The position numbers and the translations under genes are program-made. Under the pieces are notes generated by a model, which was given only the letters and a program-made list of their open reading frames with translations, was not told the origin of the DNA and ran no database searches. This document shows positions 26,902-46,614 of a stretch of 64,000 bases of DNA, piece after piece (position 1 is the first letter of the stretch; each line of letters begins with the position of its first letter). Origin of the DNA: the human T2T-CHM13v2.0 reference genome, Homo sapiens; NCBI RefSeq assembly GCF_009914755.1, contig NC_060943.1; one strand, given 5' to 3'.

Positions 26902-28699
26902 CAGTCCTAAGAACTGCAGATATGACGGCACAGGAAGGAGACCTTGGGGGATCTGGGGAGGCGAGGGACGCAATCAGACCCCAGGTGTGACTTCTAAGAG
27001 GACGTCTCTGGCAGCCATGTATGGTGGGGGGACACAGGATGGAGGGAGGCAGAAAACTCAGGTAGGATGGAAAGCTGAGTCTGAGGTCCAGGGCACAGGT
27101 GAGGGGTGGAGGCTGGGGGGAGAGTGCCTGCAGCTGTGGCCTGGCAGAGTGTATCTGGGTGGAAGCTAGGGTGGGGATTGGCTGGGCGGGGTCTCCATGG
27201 GTGTCCAGGGGCTTCGGAGCTGAGGCTGGAAGTGGGGAGGCATCAGGGGTGGGAGTGGAAGCTGGCTCAGATCTGCAAGGGGTGAGATGATGCTGGGGGG
27301 TAGGGAGAGCCAGGCAGGGATCCCGAAGCAGCAAAGGACAGTGTATGTAAACCAGTGACAGGACAGTTCCCAGGTATTCTGGGCAAACCACAGTCAAGAC
27401 CGTGGACATCTGTGGCCCACGCTCCCACACCCCGCCTGCCCCACTGCCCAGAGCACAGAGAGAGTACAGTGCTGAATTTCACTTTACTGGAGGATCCAGG
27501 TGACACAGGGCACAGGGAGAGAAGCCTAGGACTGCTACGGGAGAAGCACACCTGGGGCCCTCCCCACCCACAGGCAACACCACAGGCTGCTGTGCCCAGC
27601 TCAAGGTACACCCAGCCTGGTCCTCAGTGGGTGGGTCACTGTCCAGGGACAGCCTCCAAGCAGAGGGGAGCACCCACGCCCTGCAGCAGGTCTCAGTCAG
27701 CTTCTACATCTGGGTGTCCCTGACATAGGACTGGGACAGTCTGGTCTGGACTGTGAGGTCACACCCAAACCCTCCTATTCCTTCCCAGGGACAAGTGGGG
27801 CAGGGCCCCCTGGCACGATGGGCTCCTCACTGCCAGGGAATGGAAATTGGGACGAGGAAGCACACACATTGCCCCAGGGACAAGAAGGCATGAATGAAGG
27901 TGGGGTCCCGTGGAGACTGATATTTAGGTAAAAATCGAGCTCAGCCGGGGTTGCAGGAGCTGAAGCATACGGCACGGCACGGCACAGACTCACATACAAC
28001 TCAAGCGTGCTTGGGACAGCAGGTTGTGAAGCCTCACAGCACCGGCCCGCCTACTCTGGAACCTCCAGGGCAGGGCTGGGGTTTCCTCCCCAGGTCATTT
28101 CATCCCCTGTAAGGAGGGACACGCGGCCGGCTTCTGCACTGCCCAGGTGAGTCTCTGTCCCTCACAGTGCCCTTCGGGGCCCCTCTGGCCTTTAATTCAC
28201 TCAGGGGGTGAACCCAGGGACTTTCAAGTCTTTTAGTAAGGGCTGCAAGGCCAGCGCTGAGCGGTGGGTCAGCTCCACTGGAGAGGGGGCACCCAGGGGA
28301 GCCACAGCCTATGGGAGGGGCCAGGGCCCACTCAGCCCAGAAGAACCAAAACTGGATTTTAAGTGAATTACCCCAAATTGAACACCTCTGCAAATAATTA
28401 GAATGTTGGGAAACACTGCAGTCTGAGTGACAAATTCAACTTGTGGTCAGGGGCAGGTGGCCTTGGCCTGGGGCTGGTTCCTTTGTTATCAGGGGCGCCC
28501 CAGTAGGCAGGGCTGGCATGTGTCTTCCCTCTGCTCCCCCCTCCCCCTCCTCCTCCTCTTTCCCTTCTCCCACCGTTCCTCTCCCCTTTCCTCCTCCTCC
28601 CCTTCCCAACCGCCTTCTATCTCTCAGACTTTCCTTTCTGGAATCATCTCTTCCCCTGGCTGGGAGCTGGGGCCTCCCCTGGCTGAGAGTTGCGCCCTG

Positions 28700-31680
28700 A
28701 CACGCGCTGCGCGGCTGGTGACTGAGCCTCCACCACAGACCCAGGGCCCAGTCAGACTGGGGTAGGGGCGACAGCGGCCTACAGCACCTGCCAGGCGCAG
28801 GCCCCGAGAGCGCCACGAAGAGCCCTGCTCGCCTCTGCAGGTGCCCGGCGTCCACACACACACCCCCTCCGGGGGCAACCCGGGCCCCCAATCCTGGTCC
28901 ACTTGGCGCGTCCCCATCTCGGCCCTGCGCTGCTGCCTCGGGCGCCCACTTCTCTTTCCTCCTCCCATCCGGGCTTCCTCCGTCGGGATCGCTGGCGCCC
29001 CCGGCCTGCGAGGGCCCGAGAGGGGAACGTGACGCTGGCAAAACGCGGCCCGGGCGCGCTGTGAAGCGAGGAGATTGCGTCTGCGGAGGACAGGAAGAGG
29101 GGAGGGGAGGGCGGGGGCCACAGGCGGGCGGGTGCCCTGCGGGGCCTGCTCGCAGCCTGGGCGGCTTCTTGGGGGGCCACTAGCGGCATTTAGGGGGCAG
29201 CCTCCGGCCCCGACGGGCCTTCTTCCCGCGCGCGGCCTTGGATCCAGTGGGCGCCTGGCCCTTGGCCTCGCCTGCCCTGGCATGGGCCCCGGCGCCCGCG
29301 CTCCCCTTCTTCTTCCTGCTTCCTGCGGCGTCGTCCTGGGCCGAGCCCCGGCTCCCGGCTTTCTTCTCGGGAGTGACGCCCCGGCCTCGGCCTCGGCCGC
29401 CCGCGCGGGTTTTGCGGGCCCCGGAAGCGGTGGGAGGCGCGCCGGCCGGAGTCAGGCCCCTGGGGGCCGTGCGCGCCCTCTTGGCCCGGGGCTTCCTGGA
29501 TGCCCTGTCCTCCGGCTCCGACGCCTCGCTCTCGGTGTCCTCCGACTCCTCCTCGGACTGTTCGTCCGAAGCCTCCTCCGACCCCTCGTTGGACCCCATG
29601 TTCTCCCGGGCGGCCAGGAGCGCCAATACCTCCCCCAGTTTGCCTTTGGGGTATTTGTACTTCCCGCCTTCCCAGGCGTTTTCTTTTTCCTCCTTCATCA
29701 CCTCCGCCATGTCCTGGGCAGCCAGGAGCGCCACCAGCTCCAGAAGACCCCCTTCGTCCTCACGGTGCTCGCTCCAGCCCCCGAAGAGGCCACGCCCAGC
29801 CTTCTTCGCCTGGGGAGGGAGATCCGGCTGCGCCAAGGTGGAAATGCACTCCCGGAGGTCCCCGTCATCCCCGGCCTTGCGCAGGACCACGGCGTCCACC
29901 TCGCGGCCCGCCTCTTCCACCTTCACGCGGGTCCCGTTAGTGTCCTTGGACATGACGGACAAGACCTGTCGGAGGGGGTCTCGCTTGTCTTTCTCGTCGC
30001 TCCAGCCCAGCGACTCGATAACAGAAGCGATTTTCAACATCTCCTCCCGGGCCCAGGGGTCCGACGGGTCGGTATAGGCCACAATGGCCACGAACTCAGG
30101 ATTATCCAACTCCTCTGTTTCTTGGTCCCCACTTTCCTGCGAGTCGCTCTCCGAAGTGTCGCTGTCCACCGGCTCCTCGTCCGGGGTGTCTCTCACAGCC
30201 AGCAGGGCCACTAAGTCGGGGACACCATTTTTGTCTTCTTTGGTGTTCAAGCGGATGGATTCGGCCCCAGCTGGCTCCTTCTCTGCCTCTTCTTTCTTCG
30301 ATTTGTCGGTGACGGTGACCAGAGCCAAGAACTCGCGGGGACCGTCTTCTTCCCCCTCGGAGTTGCAGGGCGCCCACTGCCTAACCAGCTCCCTGGCAGC
30401 GGCCTGCAGCGTGGCGTACAGCGCGCTCTGGTCCTCTTCTCCGCTCAGGTCGCCCTGGTCGATCTCCTCGATCACGATGCCCAGGCTCTCGTCGGAAGAG
30501 TCCTCGGCCTCACTCCTCGCGGGAGCAGACGGCCGTCCTCCTCGGCTTCTCTTCTTGCCCTTCTGGGTCAACCTGTTGCGTCTGGTTCTGTTTCTGCGAC
30601 CCCGACGGCCCCTCCTTGGGTTCCTGGCTGCCCCAAGAAGCGAGCCAGCCTGCCCTGTTACCTCCCCAGAATCCTGGGCCTGCGTCTCCGAAGCGGGAGG
30701 GGTGGGTGCCTCCCCGGGGGTCCCAGCCTCCGCGGCCTGCGTGGGCCCGTCATCCAGCAGCAGGCGTCTCATCTGCCTCAGGACCCTCGTGTCCTGCGCA
30801 CGGTCCTTCCACAGAACCCTCCAGACCCCATCCTTGCCTGGGATCTCCCTGGGAATGGCAGCGTGATTGACGTCCTCCACAAACTCCACCAGGGCGGCCT
30901 GGGCCTTCTCGTTCATCAAAGCCTTCATGTGTCGCAACCTGAACGTGCCCAGGGGCAGGAGGGTCGGCTGCAGGACGGCTTCGACGTCTGCCTGCTCCAG
31001 GCCCTCCGGGATGCCGGTGACCAGCAGGGCCCTGTGCGCGTCCACGTCCAGGCTCCGGCACCAGTCCTGCAAAAGGCTCATGGCCATGGTGCAGCCCCCT
31101 TGGCGCTGATCTTGGGGCAGCAGGGAGCCCGAGATAGGGGTGGGCTGCAGCGCACGGTGTCAATGCAACCCTAGAAAGCCACTTGCAGGGCTTAGAGTCC
31201 CGGTTCCGGTGAATGTGGCAAGGCTGGAGTGGGGCTCGGGGCTCGGGGGCTCTAGCTGCCTGCTGGCCGGCTGGACGCAGTGACCTTCCCCCGGGACCCC
31301 TCTCCAGAGCTGTCTGAGGATCCGCGGGGGGCTTACGTGTCTGCTTTCCAGGACAGCTCCCTCCCTCTCTCCCTGACACAGGCCTGAGTGACTCGGCACC
31401 GCAGCCAGGTGCAGGGGGGCGGCGCCGAGTGCACCTGGAGAGGCGTGGGAGGTAGCAGCCGCAGCTTGCCTGGCGCTCGCGCCGCGTCTGAGCGCGCACC
31501 CTGGGCCTGAATCTCAGCAGTTCCGCTGCGACGCGGCTGCTCGCGCGTGCGCCTGCGCAGAGGGAGCCGCACACCCTCCCCTGTCCCCCGCCCAACCGTC
31601 TCCATGGCAACGGTGCAGCCTTGAGCTGGGGTCTGCGTCGCTGTGGCCTGAGACGCTTTTCTTAAAGGTCCCGATGACAA
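28700..31680. promoter_or_regulatory. CpG island covering the whole PNMA8B ORF and promoter; NRF1 (31548-31559) and RFX X-box (31598-31611)
   Basis: Dense CpG; contains TGCGCCTGCGCA and GTCTCCATGGCAAC. Confidence 0.8.
29180..31087 (-). CDS. PNMA8B: PNMA family member 8B (PNMAL2), 635 aa, single coding exon
   Basis: ORF MAMSLLQDWCRSLDVDAHRALLVTGIP..., whose N-terminal domain is paralogous to PNMA8A; strong Kozak context (accATGG); acidic middle and basic C-terminal tail. Confidence 0.95.
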   Translation of the reverse strand: MAMSLLQDWCRSLDVDAHRALLVTGIPEGLEQADVEAVLQPTLLPLGTFRLRHMKALMNEKAQAALVEFVEDVNHAAIPREIPGKDGVWRVLWKDRAQDTRVLRQMRRLLLDDGPTQAAEAGTPGEAPTPPASETQAQDSGEVTGQAGSLLGAARNPRRGRRGRRNRTRRNRLTQKGKKRSRGGRPSAPARSEAEDSSDESLGIVIEEIDQGDLSGEEDQSALYATLQAAARELVRQWAPCNSEGEEDGPREFLALVTVTDKSKKEEAEKEPAGAESIRLNTKEDKNGVPDLVALLAVRDTPDEEPVDSDTSESDSQESGDQETEELDNPEFVAIVAYTDPSDPWAREEMLKIASVIESLGWSDEKDKRDPLRQVLSVMSKDTNGTRVKVEEAGREVDAVVLRKAGDDGDLRECISTLAQPDLPPQAKKAGRGLFGGWSEHREDEGGLLELVALLAAQDMAEVMKEEKENAWEGGKYKYPKGKLGEVLALLAARENMGSNEGSEEASDEQSEEESEDTESEASEPEDRASRKPRAKRARTAPRGLTPAGAPPTASGARKTRAGGRGRGRGVTPEKKAGSRGSAQDDAAGSRKKKGSAGAGAHARAGEAKGQAPTGSKAARGKKARRGRRLPPKCR

Positions 31681-32349
31681 GGACTTGGGGCCTGGAAGCA
31701 CCACTTTCATTAACCAGCAAAAAACAAGGCCGAAACCACAGAGGGCCAGAAATCACTCAAGGATACCCGACCTCATTCAGGGGATAGAGGCCTCCTTCCA
31801 GAGGGTACCGGCATCACTGGGGGTTACAATTCCCCCTTCCAGGGGCCAGGTGGAATTCAGGATTATATAGGCCTAAATCAAAGGGCACTGGCCTTGCAGC
31901 GTAGGACCAGGACTTACTCGGGATACTGGCCTCATTCACAGTATATGGGTCTCAGTATCAAATAGGGGGGCCCAGGCACCACCTGTGAGCAAGACACCAT
32001 TCAGGGTATATGGGCCTCACTTGCAGGGTACAGGCCCCACTCGATGGGACCGGCCCTCACTCCCATACACGTTCCTGTATTCTGAACTATGCATGCACAA
32101 TAAATCCTGTGGTTTTGCACACGCTTTGAGCATATGTATGATTGTGAGACCAGGCATGAATTTTGCAAGAAAGCATTTCCCTTGACTGGGACAGCAGACT
32201 GGGGCGTGTGAACGTCAGTCATAGCTACTGTAAACATGCATTTGCTTCTCTGTCCCTTGTTGGCCATGAGGCTGTCCCCTACTCTATATGAATCTGGCTC
32301 TGTAGACCAGCTGGTAGGTTTATATCTCAACCATCATCCCTACCTCAAA

Positions 32350-35245
<2,896 letters not shown>

Positions 35246-35299
35246 AAGCTGACACTTTTCTAAGTCGTTGTGGATAACCACAGGTGAAATTCTTGTAAA

Positions 35300-36205
<906 letters not shown>

Positions 36206-36516
36206 GAAGGGATGCTTTTAGCAATGGTCAACGCAGAGCAAGAGTCTTTCCTACTTCCCACAAAGCCGCTGTAAGTGCTAAAATGGAGTTAGGTTCTGGA
36301 CCCAGATCATTGTAGACTGATTTTTCAACAGTGTCACAGGCTGGATGGCTTAGATAACAGAAATCTATTTTCTCCCAGTTCCAGAGTCTGGAAGTCCAAG
36401 ATCAAAGTGCCATCCGGGTTAGTCTTTTACATTTGCCCAATAACCAAGCAAGTCACTTTGTCTCTTCATGGCTCTGTGGCCCCAGTTTATCGTGAGGTTG
36501 TGAGGATTTAAGCGGG

Positions 36517-36517
<1 letters not shown>

Positions 36518-36566
<49 letters not shown>
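36518..36566. repeat. (TG)n microsatellite
   Basis: Pure TG run. Confidence 0.95.
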
Positions 36567-36567
<1 letters not shown>

Positions 36568-36916
36568 GGAACAGTGCCTGGCCCTGAGTGTTACTGGGAC
36601 AAAGATTTCATTCTCACCGTGGGACAGGATGAGGTGGCACGCTGGAATGCAGAGGGGACTCCCCAGGAGAGCGTCTGGTTTATAAGAGGACCCAAAGGTA
36701 CAGAGGCTGAATTATGTCTCTTTAAAATTCATATGTTGGAGCCTGGGTGTGGTGGCTCACGCGTGTAATCCCATCATTCTGGGAGGCTGAGGCAGGTGGA
36801 TTGCTTGTGGTCAGGAGTTCGAGACCAGCCTGGCCAACATGGCGAAACCCCATCTCTACTAAAAATACAAAAATTAGCCAGGTGTGATGGTGAGTGGCTG
36901 GAATCCCAGCTATTCA

Positions 36917-37018
<102 letters not shown>

Positions 37019-37085
37019 CTAAATAAATAAATAAAATAAAATAAAATAAAATAAAATAAAATAAAATAAAATAAAATAAAATTCA

Positions 37086-37253
<168 letters not shown>

Positions 37254-37331
37254 TCATGCCTGTAATCCCAGCACTTTGGGAGGCTGAAGTGGGTGGATCA
37301 TGAGGTCAGGAGATCAAGACCATCCTGGCTA

Positions 37332-37755
<424 letters not shown>

Positions 37756-38195
37756 TTACAGGGACCAGCCAGGCAGGGACATCAGGATCCCCAACATGTC
37801 CTGCCCAGTCCCGCCCTGGGCATTTCCCCTGGAATCATGATCTCTTCTTAGGCAGAGATGAGCCTATGACTGACCAAGCCACTGCCTGTAAGGTTCCAAT
37901 GGAAACAGCTGGAAGAAAGGGCGTAAAGCGTTCAAGGCCGGGCGTGGTGGCTCACGCCTGTAATCCCAGCACTTTGGGAGACCGAGGCGGGTGGATCACA
38001 TGAGGCCAGGAGTTCAAGACCAGCCTGGACAACATGGTGAAACCCCGTCTCTACTAAAAATACAAAAATTAGCTGGGCCTGATGGCATGCACTTGGAGTC
38101 CCAGCAACTCAGGAGACTGAGGTGGGAGGATCGCTTGAAAAAATTGTTCGAAATTCTTCTCCCCCTCATTTTGTGTTCGAGAAAAATACAAGTGA

Positions 38196-38483
<288 letters not shown>

Positions 38484-38860
38484 TGATCCGCCCGCCTCAG
38501 CCTCCCAAAGTGCTGGGATTACAGGTGTGAGCCACCGCCCCCGGCCAGAGCAAGGGTTCTCAAAGTGTGGTCTGGGGACCTCTACGGGTTGCAAGGACAT
38601 TCCAGGGCATCCATCAGATAAAAACCATTTTCATAATACTAAACCATTATTTGTCTTTTCACTCTTACTCTCTTACCAGTGTTCAGTGGAATTTTCCAGA
38701 GGCTACATGCCGTGCCGTATTGCAGCTGACTGAACCAGGAGGCAGGTCAAGGATTGTTGAGCCAGATATCAAAGTGAGTTGAAAAACACCAAAATACTAC
38801 AGTGCCACTCTTCTCACTAACTTTGTTTTGTTTTGGGAAATATATCTATTTTTAGGGCTA

Positions 38861-38995
<135 letters not shown>

Positions 38996-39619
38996 TCAGT
39001 TGTGGTGGCCCATGCCTGTAATACCAGCTACTGGGGAGGCTGAGGTAGGAGAATTGCTTGAACCTGGGAGGTTTGAGGCTGCAGTGAACCATGATTGTGC
39101 CACCGCACTTCAGCCTGGGAAACAGAGTGAGACCCTGTCTCAAAAAAAAAAAACCTATTTATATATGTTATCTACATGAGTGTGTAACATGTTTGTTACT
39201 AGGCAGGAGATTTTCAGGCTCCAGATGGCCCTACTTGGCTGGTCACCGTTAGATCTTACGTGCACGGGGCCTGGGGCTCAGGGTCTATTCTTTTCTCTCT
39301 CTCTCGTTTTTTTTTTTTTTTTTTTTTTGAGACAGGGTCTTACTCTGTCACCCAGGTGGGGTGCAATGGCTCAATCATGGCTCACTATTTTTGAAAGGGT
39401 TAACAAATACCATATTCTTTTAATTTATCAGGAGAGATTCCTAATAGAGTAAATATCGACACATATAACCCACATAAACAAACGCTCTTTAGGGTCCTTG
39501 ATAATTCTTAATAATTTGAGAGGTCCTGAGACCAAATCGTTGGAGAATATACATACTCGAGAATATAACACAATGTTCCCTAGGGCCCAAAACAGAAAAA
39601 CCATATTTTTCAGCCGGGC

Positions 39620-39712
39620 GTGTGTGTGCGTGCGTGTGTGTGTGCATGTGTGTGTGTGCGTGTGTGTGTGCATGTGTGTGTGCGTGTGTGTGTGCATGTG
39701 TGTGTGTGCGTG
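39620..39712. repeat. Compound TG/CG/CA alternating purine-pyrimidine microsatellite
   Basis: About 90 bp of alternating purine-pyrimidine sequence (Z-DNA prone). Confidence 0.9.
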
Positions 39713-40134
39713 TTTCTCCAGCAAGTTACAGTTGAATCATGGGAGTTAGGTGCACTGCAGACTCATCTCCCATCTCCCCTCCGTTGTCTTTCTGCTCCTC
39801 TCTTTTCGCCTCAGAGCAGTGTTGCCAGGGAAACCAGATCAGCACATCCTCAACACAAAATCAATTTACCTCCCGTGTGTCTGGAGGGTGACGAATGGCA
39901 GGTCTGCCTTTCAACACGTTTACATCCAAGGAGCTGTCAACTCCGCCTGCCTCCACGTCTTAGAAATGCCATTTTATCTTCATCCCCCTCTCCCATTCCT
40001 TTTCACTTTTCATTTTGTGATGGCTGTCCTTTTATTTTCATGTGTTCCTGCAAAATGTGCATTGCTGTTTGGGGGCATCTAGGCTAAATTTGCATAACTT
40101 GTTTTCCATGATCTATCTCTTTTTGTTTCTCATG

Positions 40135-40187
<53 letters not shown>

Positions 40188-41746
40188 GTTTTCTTTCTTT
40201 TTTTTTTTTTTTAGCACTCAGCAGTAACGTGTCTAAGATTGATCCCAGTTCTGTATCTTGCTGGTAATTTCACCTGCTGAATGGGGCTGCATGGTTGTTA
40301 AACATTGCTGCAAGTTCTTTAACTCTGCTGAGAGGTGAGATCTACCTCCTCTTTCCTTGAAGCTGAATCTGGGTGAGTTTGTGACTACCTCAACTGCTAG
40401 TGTACATCCACTTGCTCTGTGTCTTTCAAGGTTAGCTGGATGCTAGGTGACTTCCAAGGTTAGTTATAAAAGGCTTTTGCCTGGTTCTTCTGGAATAATT
40501 ACTGCTTGGAACTTAGCTGCCATGCCGTGAGGAAGCCCAACTCACATGGAGAGCTCTGCATGTAGGTGCTCAAGTCAACAGCTCCAACTAAGTCCAGTCT
40601 TCAAATCATCTCAAACCAGGCACCGGACATATGAGTGATGAAGCTTCCAGATGATTCCAGACCCTAGCCATTGGGGTCATCCCAGCTGTGGCCCCACACA
40701 TTATGGGGCCAAAAGAAGCCATCCCCTTTCATAACTATGGACCCATGGAATCTATGGGCATAATGAGATGTTGCTGCTTTATGACACTAAGTGAGGGTTG
40801 GTTTGTTACACAGCGAAAGTAACCAGTGCACACCCAGATCCATCTCCTGCTCCCACATACACACAGCACAAATACTCTACCATAAATGTTCTTGTACACA
40901 TTTTCTTATGATGTTGAATGAGAATGAGACACTGAGACTGCCCTTGGCATAGGTCCCAGGAGCAGAATTGCTTGGGTCTGCATATTCCTTTATTTATTTA
41001 TTTATTTTTGTCACCGAGTGACAGTAGCCATCATGGCTCACAACAGCCTTGACTTCCTGCACTCAGGTGATCCTCTTGCCTTAGCCTCCTGGGTAGCTGA
41101 GACTACAGGTATGCACCACCACGTCTTGCTTATTTTAAAAAAATTTTTGTAGAGATAGGGTCTCACTATGTTGTCTGGGCTGGTCTCGAACTCCTGGGCT
41201 CAAGCAATTCTCCTTCCTAAGCCTCTCAAAGTGCCGGATTACAGCATGGGCCACTGCGCCTGACTAGGGTCTGCGTATTCCTAACTCTACCAAGTCCTAC
41301 AAGTCACTCAGTGCAATGAATGTCCCTATTTGCTCACATATGAGGATTCCTGTGCCCCCAGTGCCCACTCCCACCTCTGGAGATTGTCCAGGCTTCTAGG
41401 ATTTGCCCATCTCATGGGCATAAGGTGGTAGCTCATTGTTCTCCAACTACAAATGAGTTTGCACATCTCTTTTTTAGTTTATTTGGAAATCCCCTTCTTT
41501 AAATATCCTGTTCATAGTGTTTTCCCATTTTCTCATTGCTGTTTGTGCTTTTACCACCACAACTGTTGACTTTTTTTTTTTTTTTAGACAGTCTCGCTCT
41601 GTTGCACAGGCTGGAGTGCAGTGGCACTATCTCGGCTCACTATAAGCTCTGCCTCCTGGGTTCACGCCGTTCTCCTGCCTCAGCCTCCTGAGTAGCTGGA
41701 ACTACAGGCGCCCGCCACCACACCCGGCTAATTTTTTGTATTTTTA

Positions 41747-41860
<114 letters not shown>

Positions 41861-42251
41861 CTAATTGTTGACTTTTTTGAACAGAGCCCAATGCAATTCC
41901 TAAAGGTATTTTAGCTCTTTCTGTTGCTCCAATAATATATTGTTAAATGTGAATAACATTTCTATAATACAAAGAGGATAGTATAACATGGTGCTCAGTA
42001 AATCTTGTATTGAACAGATGGAGGAAGAAAGGAAAGGAGGAATTATAACATCACACACACCATGCCAAGGGATGATCTTATGCCAGACATTGGCTAGAAT
42101 AGCCTTTAATATATTGCTTCATTTAATCTTCACCACAGTCATGTAAAGCCAGCCCCATTATTATCTCTATTTCCCAGATGAGAAATCTGAGGCTGTGTGT
42201 GTGTGCACACACACGCAGGGTGGAAGGTCTTTTACAACTGGGAAGTGGTGA

Positions 42252-42539
<288 letters not shown>

Positions 42540-43370
42540 TAATCTGCCCGCTTTGGCCTCCCAAAGTGCTGGGATTACAGGCGTGAACCACCGTGTCTGG
42601 CTCCAAACCTCTGATTCTAACAGGGATACTAGGCAGACTTTCAGCAGCACCATCCCTCCTCAGCACTCATTCATTCATTTGTTCATTTAATCATTTAGCA
42701 AACACAAAGAACCCACACGTGTGGGATATGACTGTGACTACATCAGACCAGGGCCTGGCTGACATCATAGGGAGATCAGATATGAGCCACTAATAACTAC
42801 GAATTCATAATGATGAAAAGAGTGAATAAATTACTTCACAGACTTTCTGTGGATTTTCATGTGATGATGAAAAACAGTGAGCTGGGTCCCAATGTATTTC
42901 CTGGCAACTGGCCATGTTCTATTGTTGCAGAGAAGCAAGATATAGGATGAAGTGTATCAGTGATTCCATTCACACTAGAGCGGACCATGAAATATGGATT
43001 TCAACCTTAGTCAAGCCTCATCATGTTCCACCTTAGAAAATGCTAAAAAATGTTAACCCACTATTTGCAAAAGAAAACAAAAAGCTGGGCTGGGCGCAGT
43101 GGCTCACGCCTGTAATTCCAACACTTTGGGAGGCCGAGGCCGGTGGATCACCTGAGGTCAGGAGTTCGAGACTAGCCTGGCCAACATGGCGAAACCCCAT
43201 CTTTACTAAAAAAGCAAAAGTTAGCCGGGCATGATGGTGGGTGCCTGCAATCCCAGCTACACAGGGGGCTGCGGCAGAAGAATCACTTAAACCCCAGAAA
43301 GTAGAGGTTGCAGTGAGCTGAGATCGCACCACTGCACTCCAGCCTGAGCGACAGAATGAGACTCTGTCTC

Positions 43371-43418
<48 letters not shown>

Positions 43419-44134
43419 TGAAAAACAATAAAAGCAAGCATTCAGTAAGATGTGACATGCACCAAGGAGGAGACACATGAGGTGCTGTAGGACGAGTAAT
43501 GGCTCTGGGGGGCCGGAGGGGTTGTGAGAAACAAAATCAAGGTCCCAAGGGATAAAACCCACTCCTGGGGCGGGGCCCCGCGGCTCACGCCTGTAATCCC
43601 AGCACTTTGGGAGGCCGAGGAGGGCGGATCACTTGAGGTCAGGAGTTTGAGACCAGCCTGGCAAACATGGTAAAACCCCGTCTTAGTAAAAATACAAAAA
43701 TTAGCTGGGCACGGCGCGGGCACCTGTAATCCCAGCTATTCAGGAGGCTGAGGCAGGAGAATCACTTGAACCCAGAAGGTGGAGATTGTAGTGAGCCAAG
43801 ATCGTGCCACTGCTGCACTCCAGCCTGGATGACAAGAGGGAAGCTCCGTTAAAACAAAACAAAACAAAACAAAAAAAACACCACTCCTGGGAGGAAACAG
43901 CTAGTGACCCAAGTTGACCAGGGTCTGCTTTAAGACAAGGAATGAAGAGGTCTCCAAAGACCAGAGTATCCCAGGGGACCACATAAAAAAGTCTTTAGTT
44001 TTTCAAATAGTTTGCATGACTGGACCCTTGGGACACCGGCCTGAGAAGGAAGGAATTAGTCAAGAGATGGACAATGCCAGAAAAAGCTTTTCCTTGGAAA
44101 AAGACCCTGGTTTAAGTTCAAGATAGCCTCATGA

Positions 44135-44338
<204 letters not shown>

Positions 44339-44639
44339 TAGTAGAGACGGGGTTTCTCCATGTTGGTCAGGCTGGTCTCAAACTCCCAACTTCAGGTGAT
44401 CCACCCGCCTCGGCCTCCCAAAGTGCTAAGATTACAGGTGTGAGCCACCGCACTTAGCTAAAAGCATACATCTTTCTATGATTCCATTTGTATGACATTC
44501 TAGGACAGGCAAAACTATAACCTATGGTGGAAAAAAATCAGAGCAGTGCTTGCCTCTGGAGTTCGGGGACTGGCTGGAAAGGAACATGCAGGAACTTTCT
44601 GGGATGATGGGGTGTTCGGTATTTTTTTTTTTTTTTTGA

Positions 44640-44783
<144 letters not shown>

Positions 44784-45333
44784 TAATTTTTGTATGTTTT
44801 TGTAGAGACAGGCTTCTGCCATGTTGCCCAAGCTAGTCTCAAACTCATGGACTCAAGCAGTCCTCCCGCCTCGGCCTCCCAAAGTACTGGGATTACAGGC
44901 ATGAGCCCCCGTACCTGGCCTGAGTTCTGTATTTTGACAGGCATTTGGTTTTTCAGGGGTATGTATTTGTCAAAACTCAGTGAATTTATACCTGAGATCT
45001 GTGCATTTTATTGTGTGTATTTTACATTCTTCTCTCAAAAGAACAAATATTAAACCTTAGTTAATGATATGAAGCATTAAGAGGGCAGTGGACAGATAAT
45101 CTATAATTTATTTTGAAATGCACAAGAAAAGATGGCTTGATGGATATGGGATACAGCCACACCTGTGATACAGCAGGCATGATAAAATGTCAATGGTAGA
45201 ATCTAGGAGGTGGGGATAGGGGCGCTTGTTGTGAAATCTTTCAACTTTGCTCTATGTTTGAAAGTTTTTGTAATAAAGTGTTGGAAGGACTGTAGTAAAA
45301 TTGTTTTTTGTTTGTTTGTTTGTTTTGAGATAG

Positions 45334-46010
<677 letters not shown>

Positions 46011-46131
46011 TCAGTTACTGCAGGGAAAAATGCTTATTGAGCATCTACTGTGTGCCAAACCATGTTCTAGGTACTGGGGACATAGCATCAAACAAAACAC
46101 AAAAATCCCTGCCCTCATGGAACTGATGTCA

Positions 46132-46614
<483 letters not shown>

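Noticed and set aside
29075-30866. Long + strand ORFs (379, 279 and 260 aa) antisense to PNMA8B
   Set aside because: Shadow ORFs expected in very GC-rich coding DNA; no recognisable domain.
31091-31106. CTCF-like sequence next to the PNMA8B start codon
   Set aside because: Only a partial match in GC-rich sequence; cannot be supported without binding data.
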